Positions 9,001 through 14,700 of a stretch of DNA of 26,734 bases are shown here, one piece after another. The position numbers and the translations under genes are program-made. Within the stretch, counting starts at the first letter, position 1. Every line of letters starts with the position of its first letter. The notes beneath the pieces were generated by a model. It was not told the DNA's origin. It made no database searches and was given only the letters and a program-made list of their open reading frames with translations. The DNA is from a virus, in the IMG/VR virus record IMGVR_UViG_3300010885_064671; one strand, 5' to 3'.

Positions 9001-11280
9001 TGAAGATAGATCGTAAGTATTGGCAAGTGTGATACCGTAATCTGCAGCTTTATTTACGTCGATACCAAAATAGCCTAATATTTGAGAGAAAAAATCTAAG
9101 CCGGCTTGAGAATTTATTAGCTCTTCATTATCTCTTCTAAAAGAACTAGTATCGGGAAGAAATATTTTAGTTTGTGATTCTACTGGAATATAAAAAGTTA
9201 TATTATTTCCATCAGTCCATTCATTAATGACATTTGCATTTAGCCTATCTTGATTATAGGATAGATCAAGGGTTTCATTAAATTTATTGTTGCCGAGCGC
9301 CGGTATCTTTAATTTAGCTTTTTCAGGCAGATTATCAACACCCTTTACATCTGTTGTCTTAAGTAAGAAGTCACCATTAACATAACTATTAATTGAATTA
9401 GCAGCCTTGCCCATATACTGCCTATACTTACCCCAATGTATTGCTTGATTAAAATCACTTATCATAGGCAATAATGGTTTATGATTAAAGTTCAGCAACT
9501 CTATATCTACCGCTAATGCAAAAGGGAAATTGGGTACAGTTTGTATTTGCATACCAGAAAGAGCAACTGCCGTGATACCGTGAACACTATTTAGGTAACT
9601 ATTCCTAATAGGTAAAAATGGTGAATACTTAAATGCTGCTACCAAACCTCTAAGAGAAGAAAGAAATTTATCTATTTTGTTATCTGTATCACCAGATGCA
9701 GAAAAATCTATTACAAAATTATCCTTTAAAACTATTTTGGAAGCATCTTCTATTGATATACCCCAAATCTCTTCATAGTTAGGAAAAAACAATCTTAAAG
9801 TTATAGAAGTTTCTTTAAAGCCAGAGTTGAATTTTGGAGTGTTCTTTTGCCTTAACGCACCACCGGTTAAACTACCAGTTTTAAAAGCTGTATTTACGTT
9901 TATTGACAATGGTGGAATGTAAAAATTTGCTGCGCCTAACCTAAGATGAAAAATATCTGGAGTTTTTGGAGACACACTTTCTCTGTATGGAGAATTATCT
10001 AATATTTCTTTTATTTGCTTAGAAGTATTATTAAAATCAGCGGCAAGTTCAAAAACATCTTGGAAATTTCCAGCTGCATCTGGCCTTACACCAAATGCTG
10101 ATTGCAAACTTTTCTTAAAATCTTCATAGCTATTTATTGTATCTTCTCCGCCGCCGCCTCTTCCCTCGTTTGAGTAATCCGCAGACGCCGCTAAAGCATC
10201 AAAAAAGAATGTTACAATTGAAGGAAAATACATATTTATAGTAGATAAAAGAATAGGGTCTCTAGAAACATTAGCGACCACGAATCCGAGTTGATCTAAC
10301 CAACCAAGATCTTCCATAGGGTTTAAGTAGGTAATCGCAGATTCTTTTACTGCGTCTTCGGATGCCATTCTTCTTTTAGCAAATTCGGCTATTTGTCCTG
10401 CGTAGGTTGCAAGAGTTAAAAGGCCAGATTGTTTTATCTTTGAAAAGATCGCTTCAAACTGCTTAGAGTCCAAATTTCCTGGAGATAAAGCTGGGGTAAC
10501 ATTAATTACATTTGGATTAAATATGGAATAAACTTTTGTCCATTCTGCCATAGATGTAGATCCATCTGGCAATACTGAACCAAATATTAAATTTCTATTC
10601 CATTCTCCAGCCTGTGGATAAATTTTTTCAAATAATTCGTTTAGATAAACAGCGTTTCCTGGGTCGACATTATTTGGATCGGTTGATTTCTCAAATTCTT
10701 CAGATATAAGAACTAGCTCTTCTTTTGCAATAGCACTTAATTGTGATGCAGTTAATGAATTGATACTGGTCTTATATTTTTTCCATATCGATAATCTCTT
10801 GAATAAAGCTTCACCAGCTATATTTATTGCTGGATAATCTGTACTTAAAGTAAAATTTGGTTTTGTTGGCTGCCCAAGCCAAGTGTTATAAAAATATTGT
10901 CTTAATTCTTTTTCTGTTTTTTTATCTCCTGATTGTGCTTGATAATCAATTAAAACCTGGGGACTTATCAAGCTTATAGATTGCCTAGATGAATACACCC
11001 AGTAATTAATACCGAGCCCGTTAGCCCAAACTGAAAAAGCATCTTTTTCATCAAAAACTATAGAATCAATAGGAGTTCCATCTAAGTTTTTTTCACCAGA
11101 AACACTAGATGGTAAGATCCCCGCAGAAAAAAAATCAATTAATTTATAGAAATGTTCTTTATCGGCTTTTTCAGATTCCGGATTAAGAAAATTTATAATT
11201 TGATCAAGATTTGGTAAACCCACCAAATAGACTAAGTAATCTATTGCCTTTTGATTGATTACTGTTTTACTAGAAGCCAT
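1..11280 (-). CDS. Giant multidomain baseplate hub / tail-initiator protein, at least 3760 aa, 3' end outside window
   Basis: ATG at 11280 (MASSKTVINQKAIDYLVYLV), with GGTG just upstream. Many blocks translated by hand in this frame are stop-free, down to base 1 (...ANPDKKEISRVFSILVELMR). An internal stop would have produced a track ORF starting at 11280, and none is listed. Hub-like motifs: LKPGVRVHLRGGYG...LFNGTITQVE, TVWELFQTCARLLP, GEIIVIGNPDIRPYD...FEVEQVIHHFTPELGFVTSI. Confidence 0.9.
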   Translation of the reverse strand, partial: MASSKTVINQKAIDYLVYLVGLPNLDQIINFLNPESEKADKEHFYKLIDFFSAGILPSSVSGEKNLDGTPIDSIVFDEKDAFSVWANGLGINYWVYSSRQSISLISPQVLIDYQAQSGDKKTEKELRQYFYNTWLGQPTKPNFTLSTDYPAINIAGEALFKRLSIWKKYKTSINSLTASQLSAIAKEELVLISEEFEKSTDPNNVDPGNAVYLNELFEKIYPQAGEWNRNLIFGSVLPDGSTSMAEWTKVYSIFNPNVINVTPALSPGNLDSKQFEAIFSKIKQSGLLTLATYAGQIAEFAKRRMASEDAVKESAITYLNPMEDLGWLDQLGFVVANVSRDPILLSTINMYFPSIVTFFFDALAASADYSNEGRGGGGEDTINSYEDFKKSLQSAFGVRPDAAGNFQDVFELAADFNNTSKQIKEILDNSPYRESVSPKTPDIFHLRLGAANFYIPPLSINVNTAFKTGSLTGGALRQKNTPKFNSGFKETSITLRLFFPNYEEIWGISIEDASKIVLKDNFVIDFSASGDTDNKIDKFLSSLRGLVAAFKYSPFLPIRNSYLNSVHGITAVALSGMQIQTVPNFPFALAVDIELLNFNHKPLLPMISDFNQAIHWGKYRQYMGKAANSINSYVNGDFLLKTTDVKGVDNLPEKAKLKIPALGNNKFNETLDLSYNQDRLNANVINEWTDGNNITFYIPVESQTKIFLPDTSSFRRDNEELINSQAGLDFFSQILGYFGIDVNKAADYGITLANTYDLSSSGQYNRNIKSILKDSMDILTTGVSGNDSQKKIYDYLVKVFMIENKSLAAAEKKYLQDMNSTSTPGTSGTSTYRVNGEMFEGTLSAAKDYIKRISKSSTAYLDHTISTLADKRAKAEGVNLPVEGSEGTPRYQDIKNQAKKEVSDVFSVLAYERFFNSGPIQALMEAARAKSGAFQFREWEVPMMKVDLDPKYVTVKGVSVSFGNNLAKLQLQMQDEPTYQHIGGKDSFINISMIVKGEMELAKIKKVFDHVNSLARLEHAGGVLGFIGIKNIITALSGIKYVIPSNYSISTIPDYPHAYEVNITLMDFDVFQQTREKMSSQLQQDFIDNFAAKRNPFLRIKQLWGSFNAYPDLPLDVKNSSNEIVGNLDPDFYFRSFEMFDKDVVNNIKTQSQKIDIPTSSSKALAVQEEKIKSYLPDFLRNWDNINNEEVKKNKLNGIAAWINENNIDYILFMKTFSQYAQGNGTDVDYKVAQGVLTDYLEFIEDPTSGNIDITNVVSAGFQVGDLKSSGQQVFDQLQSALEGEYSVPGETEVSFMPEDFPAHHQIHMMPIKDPNDPGKIPAMLTTAYGVNFGYVDLEKEGRFYLTIDGVKVDKDTRSMQLVPSSIDEHMNPAHGTTNSAIPSLTPLSGYGSCISHGDNGGPEFSSKNSSPPTSVNSHWEKMLVDTSYRDLSGRMIRAFPTYMLWLIDEGGFFAGVKLFDNFYGLQSIIDFSVVSSEDLLGDTFIFRVSNLYSKLNKAASTDIFGPDSQVASTFLGSQTASILDNTLNKARNILGNMKNEYTVNIENIVLKPGVRVHLRGGYGSNPNSLQTLFNGTITQVEYGEIITITAQSDAIELGAMANSTNKKGDSGKIDGGINTGLWLSEPRDLMVRLLSMGSSRFKEGIANANRGLVFSENKFGIRHFGSMLYQPMTPREEAQHYKRVDGIADAHKAANELSGGTIAKYALQSVGVGQDFRYPVASLMGQLWANFSAQRDMEIFKRNIYPGNGTGIAQFLGGDLGDGWTSVASITPENQPNPRLDYLSRLSDRSWNNLMVKLDSGVPGSSQVVEQSASGGTVRDPTGSATLTKNLSLGGIGATMAIAGGPVTATIGIGVGLLGVLSGRGGNNIFRTLGLVSANSDDDMPGFDEVSFRAQTYMRTVWELFQTCARLLPNYIVAVRPFEDRSTVFYGKPHWLYTSGVIPITTGYPGDDKAEELGIIPPQINSPDFDLLNIITEMNKNITPYADAEAFLKSTEPIAGLSASTESQLLSTGIFNTSKQLKGKLINLNSKKAQIALDDKGIPVAKLPTLKGNVGVGFHLPVGSEQVSSSVNSKDRHWQIPQLPARFRFPFFASRVEDQLSLENYSFQYSQLSGDSGASGEYKSDNKNFIGKKIEKVYGAEFNQLLSLDISFQSEKGISGVMVSELLGNPLDFSTNPIDGVFPDIITVKMPFPEVPSSGVVPDIFEFKNNSMWKPYSEWKFPENEIDEQFHIAMRWPYNISTKDTSVISSFKKYYFDGDESELIGTAQDYKNQHILVYNPNGDSGRGSAVVCKPAYFMWGKNDTKEASRPKSDSFGPDYEERNLSAVVSPDAAYYLGVLTTPNRGLDEKGNYSNDAGGGNPGYAITPDIQECHFAFVPNTIPLGVAYTSDQKITNNLAKDDSKDFIIGFGSFDISLVFKEEVVVVITDGNGGTSTQVIPGYYEEDENLLQPGMGTNILNEFTAPSADSGSQGGNYRDYYDQIATKKYADMTVEYGRGLLAAEDGKMIDYGNNARVHFASVYSATDSTSVDARRFYDENFDPLVSVIAGNGRTLSQAQQIWDEFRFSYHTEQSVKDIFFATLAMDPDSEEIFPPEIQKIFSPDAIPEDYESFKKFGYTTTKTGGTADHPTGGVGNAIDEFSLLFGDAVTPAQNKAVEYARANLIDAPIEQGGLINYFNALTIDKIRALKENLFQIQINFSPVKAANTYESEKNLAARARAIERSQAAAAAVENSKDKNLFESITNPKALFLYVVGLFRQSLWSDPYARAWLVLKPDRKIFVDAKVETIWSFKPVNPIFQAFIFPGNTYAKDKSQFIQLLYKNKGEGNSSTNLVSKGLTSLGDFYQQSIGQVFNAVTDSLSALFQMFKLNMLQTGYGLSQSSILAREANILNKALNDSIFYSMGRPGSLLRAVDNPFTREYAEPVIEIREPFQRIHYLSSFSHILSNRIQESSGVATTITAVSDGKSPVTVALDKGAPADRQVEATVETGIYFDNVVGNGFFGFLHPLLHPFETGRGISKNLTGAPDELSAKRIALSHLKESVKDIYGGEIIVIGNPDIRPYDLVYLADVYERMYGMFEVEQVIHHFTPELGFVTSITPNALVTVNDPAKWFMTSWLHSWLNVQTIRNDTRIYLDSIRAGNSGITMGDEISLDALGNSLTPQMMGGMQFTGGSSALTKDVIANVTASGMTNTGLGNQIRMQAQVNGNNGQITGGNIAAVIAGTAGMAVATGGAVSAGISGAAAVAAGTVAGVGAAPIIAGAAIIAGPLVWKAWSWVRDKLLDQHGCYIQYLTRNGQPMEAGLSYNQGMVVGRYHSISLLPGILGVRTKTLSPDGYQYIRTNDLMKSMGWSEKDTNNFVRYVSYENALVHAQVLGLSGLGPDKTTFEPFFKVLCTLKKGSGFDNSGVTDGDTIIVEDILNPDVTFTVRLDGINVSEKIQIGFTNTALKTGSIIGTNIRYINNKYYATLLTGTQDTYADGTAIKYDTEGFALYKAAQNTLTPESKIDGVRVAGDKVTVTNVGASFDVVGATVLSSSVIDPTYSQSVLNYFTYEISDAQGRALYELALEDKITLIPNKKVFPNIGKGTYFKQVVPGNDLVVEDFGSPGMMATQFVKTALENKTFVVRVKQSRVTGKLETEADFEPNTINNTAEFLKDRYARTLGVIFYNTTQGSLDGIMQKVFEFFRENKFDSAGVSVKFAEMFDAKEDVFGIHYSRIYDKIASKIVDTIDPDLTYQPMINAISANPDKKEISRVFSILVELMR
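289..1068 (-). other. Staphylococcal nuclease (SNase/thermonuclease)-like domain within the giant protein, with a large insertion
   Basis: Ordered motifs VTDGDTIIV (from 1068), VRLDGINVSE (to 979), PGMMATQFVKTALENK (from 474) and KDRYARTLGVIFY (327-289) match the SNase pattern DGDT / RLxGIDxPE / GxxAxxF / DxYGRxL. Confidence 0.8.
1474..1638 (-). other. 55-residue uncharged Gly/Ala-rich hydrophobic segment (putative membrane-inserting hairpin)
   Basis: IAAVIAGTAGMAVATGGAVSAGISGAAAVAAGTVAGVGAAPIIAGAAIIAGPLVW has no charged residue and is followed by KAWSWVRDK. Confidence 0.7.
1981..2496 (-). other. C-terminal half of a T4 gp27 / Mu gp44 / P2 gpD-type hub fold
   Basis: EPFQRIHYLSS...AKRIALSHLKESVKDIYGGEIIVIGNPDIRPYDLVYL...FEVEQVIHHFTPELGFVTSITP fits the GxPxIRPGD...VxxVxHxF...GFxTxI pattern of hub proteins. 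Confidence 0.75.
4261..4590 (-). other. Degenerate RlpA/expansin-like double-psi beta-barrel within the hub insertion
   Basis: HIAMRWPY...ILVYNPNGDSGRGSAVVCKP...DSFGPDYEERNLSAVVSPDAAYYLG resembles the RlpA pattern VxNxxNGRxVVV...DxGP...RxIDLSxxAAxxLG, with AVVS in place of IDLS. Confidence 0.5.
5461..6960 (-). other. N-terminal half of the baseplate hub fold
   Basis: PTYMLWLIDEG...IIDFSVVSSEDLLGDTFIFRVSN...LKPGVRVHLRGGYGSNPNSLQTLFNGTITQVEYGEIITITAQS (6960-6481), then TVWELFQTCARLLPNYIVAVRPFEDRSTVFYG (from 5580). Confidence 0.7.
8071..9960 (-). repeat. Two diverged protein-level repeats with tail-tube/initiator-like character (9960-9481 and 8460-8071)
   Basis: FLPIRNSYLNSVHGITAVALSGMQIQTVPNFPFALAVDIELLNFN aligns with FIGIKNIITALSGIKYVIPSNYSISTIPDYPHAYEVNITLMDFD. 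The second copy has PTYQHIGGKDSFINIS, similar to the PxxQxxG motif of P2 gpU-like tube-fold proteins. Confidence 0.65.
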
Positions 11281-11289
11281 AGTGCACCA

Positions 11290-11742
11290 TTACATTTTGT
11301 TAATTTTTGACATTGCTTGGATTCTACTTGAAGAAGAATCCTTTTGGGTAATGCCACTATAGTTATCCATTCTACCATTTGAATTAAAATTTGTAAAATT
11401 ACTTTTAACAAAAGGGCTACCATGGCTAGCATAAGATTCTGTATACCTGGCTTGCTGAAATTTCCTATTTGAATATCCAGTATTATTCATCTCCAAACGA
11501 GTAGTATTCCCGTCCATCAAGCCTTCTCTTGAGCCTCTATGCTTTTGAGGTTTACTTAAATTTTTCTTTGAGTTTAAAGATACATTTTTTGCGCCTATCG
11601 CATCCTGTGTATTCTTATTACCTTTGCTTGAAGCTACTTGAGCGGCATACTTGTTGGACGCAGCGACTCGGGGAGAAGTATCCTTTGTTTTTGACGCGGC
11701 TTCTTTAAGGTTTTTATTTTGTTTGTTAGCACCGAAGATCAT
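11290..11742 (-). CDS. Small basic, low-complexity hypothetical protein (150 aa)
   Basis: Fills the gap between two giant genes with 8-9 nt spacers. AAGG precedes the ATG. Rich in K/N/S/R, with few hydrophobic runs. Confidence 0.75.
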   Translation of the reverse strand: MIFGANKQNKNLKEAASKTKDTSPRVAASNKYAAQVASSKGNKNTQDAIGAKNVSLNSKKNLSKPQKHRGSREGLMDGNTTRLEMNNTGYSNRKFQQARYTESYASHGSPFVKSNFTNFNSNGRMDNYSGITQKDSSSSRIQAMSKINKM

Positions 11743-11750
11743 ATTTCGCC

Positions 11751-14700
11751 TTAGAATGAACTAGCTACTTCTTGGTATGGGTTTCTTCCCAATTGAGGTG
11801 TTCTACGGTACATAGTAGTGTTGGTATTGAATTTTCCTAAGCCCATCGCATTTTTCCTAAAGTCTTCTACACTACCTCTATCCCCAAATAAATTAACTTT
11901 ATAATTTATTCCAGGGTTATAACTCATAGTGCCAATCTGAGGGAGTTCAGCCATTCTTTGTGGATAATTTTCTTCATATGCGGAACCTCCCGGTAGAAGT
12001 GCTGGACCCTGCATCTGCTCTGGTGTTCTATCACTAAAATGTTGGTATGCAAAGCTTGCTACAACAAGGGCACCAATCCCTAAAGCGGTATTCTTAAATG
12101 TTTTATTTTCATTAAATAATTGTTTTAAACTTCCATCTTTTATAAAATTGGATAGTCTAGTAAAAGTACCTTTATTAGCTACTACATTTTCCCCAGATAA
12201 TACCCTCTCTATATCTTCTGCCACTTTTCCTGAGCTACTAACTGTTGATGCTGGTTGTACTTGAGTAAACTCTGCGCCTGTTTTATATTCTTCCTGTAAA
12301 TTTTCATAGTTAAAATTTGATCTTATTGCATCTATTCTTTCTCTATTTGTTGCTCTTGCCGCAGATACATTGGCCGCACCACCAAAATGGCTTTCTAGTA
12401 TTTTTTCATCCTCAGATAAAAGTGCTAAAATATCTAAATCCTTTGTAGTTGGAAGTGCTGAATTTAAGCGAAATGCTTCTGCGGATCTTTTTTCTATCTC
12501 GTCAATTGGGCCTGTGCCTATATCGTCTATAGTACCTTTTAAATCATCTCTAATTTTTTCATAAAAATCATATCTTCTTTTTGTGCGAGCAGCATTAAAC
12601 ATTTCGGATACCGAACCCTCAGATGTACCATATCTCAATTCATCATATAATAAAGTTGAGCTACTTTGATGAGCTCTTTTTTCCATGGTGTTAATCATCT
12701 GCTCCATAGAAACTCCTGCCCTTCTTGCACCTTCTTGGATATCAGAAAATGCTGCTTCACCCCTTTGCATCTTTCTTAAATCTAGGTCTATACGATCAAT
12801 CTCAGGTAAAGCACTTTCGCCAAAATTTGCTATCCTAGAAATTTCCTCATTATGTTTAGCTATCAAATAGTCAGCTACTCTACCTGAGCCCTCATCATAC
12901 TGATGCCTCAGCAGCGTCGAGTCTAGTAAGTTACCTCTATTGTATAGCCTTTTGGTTGCTGCCATTACAGAAGCAGCCCTTAAACCCTCTGCGCTTATTG
13001 CGGAAGATCCAGCATAAGCGTGGCTGGCATTAGCACCAAAATATTTTATTAAGCTTGCAGAAATCTTTTCGGAATCATCAGAAGCACGCAAGCTATCTAA
13101 TACTTCTTTAAATATAGATTTATCTTGAGCTGTACCTTCTATCGAGCCTATTATCGCATCTTGGAATAGCTTTGCATCTGCTTGATGTAATCTTGTACCA
13201 AGTAACATTTCATCTATTTTTGGCAAATATCTTTCCAGAAAACCTGTTGCATCTTCTCCATTCGCAATCATCTGATTTGCCACTTCTCTGACTATTGCAT
13301 GCTCTGTTCCAATTCTCATTCCCAAATTTCTTATTCCCTGCTCTCCTACATTGGAAATAGGATTTCCTTCTAAATTAGATATTAATTTAAGCGCCTGTGC
13401 TGGGTCAAAGCTGCTTACAGCAGATATATTCATAGCCTTAATTGAACTTGTAGTTATGTCGAATTGATGAAATGCTCCAGAAGCATTTTTGGAAAAGTCA
13501 ATAGCTGTTTCCTGTGCGAATAGGCCAGTTCTAATATTTAATATTTTTTGTATATTACTATCTTGTCCGCCAATTTTATACAATTCTTCTATTAAATCTT
13601 CTGTTTGATTCATTTTAGAACCGATAAGCATAGTTCTATTTACGTATCTTCCCAATAAATCGCCCTCTGCACTTTGAGCAACGTTAAACATTTTTGCGAA
13701 AGTAGACTCCTGGAGTAGACCACCTAATAAATTGTCTCCTCTGTTTGCTTGTATTAATCTATTTAATTCAACAATATTTCTGCTTTCTGCCGCCTTAAGC
13801 AATTGAGAATGTAAAGTGGTATCAATTGCATTAGTGTAATCAGAGGTTTTTAATAAGTCTGTAAATTCATCTAATATTAAAAACCCATCTCCCGTTTTTT
13901 TGCTTTCATCAGTGAAGATCTTATATATGCTCTCTCTAGTGTACTGACCAGTCCCTTGAAGCTCGGAACCTTCACGTTCCATTTGCCTTAGAATCCTCCT
14001 ATTATGAGAACCGGTAACTCCTGTTGCATCTGGGTTTAGGTGGCGTAACCCCATGCCACCTTTGCTCTTTGAAGAATCGTATATTTGTAATATTAATTCT
14101 TCTGCGCTTTCGCTATTAAGGTTTGTGTATTTTTTTTCATTCCACAATACGTCAAACAATTCATCTATTTCTGACGATTGATTGTTTGTTTTATATTCAT
14201 TAAATAAATTTTTGAAATTTTTATCACCAAAATAAGATCTTAAAGTATCTTCATCCAAAATTGCTTTTGCATAAATAGATTCTTGGGGTCCAGAAGGCTG
14301 CCTATACATTCCAAACACCAATCTTTTTTTTCCATTAACCGCCTTATCATTATATGTCATTATTTTAGTTAAAACTTTATCGTCTAAGTCGAAGCCACCA
14401 AGTGATTGATAGAATTTATCAACCATACCAGGACCAAACAATACTCTGCCATCATTAACCCTAAAGTTCATTAACTCAGAAGTAATGTCACCTCCATTTT
14501 CCCCGACAAAATCGACCTGTCCCATAGCTGAAAATGGTTGAGATTGACCACCAAGGTTCGCAGAAGCCTCACTGGATACTGCAAATCTTTTTACATCTGG
14601 AAGTCGAGGCATATACTGATCGATACCCTTTTTACTTTGGACCCTATACATCTCAGAGGCATGCAAACTGGCTATCATATTCATCATTCTTGGTGAATCT

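Noticed and set aside
1-11280. Alternative genetic code (stop recoding) or non-coding DNA as the reason for no long ORF in the track
   Set aside because: The frame is open under the standard code and simply leaves the window. Other giant ORFs translate normally, and TAG ends the 210-aa gene (TAG TAG) just before the next gene's RBS.
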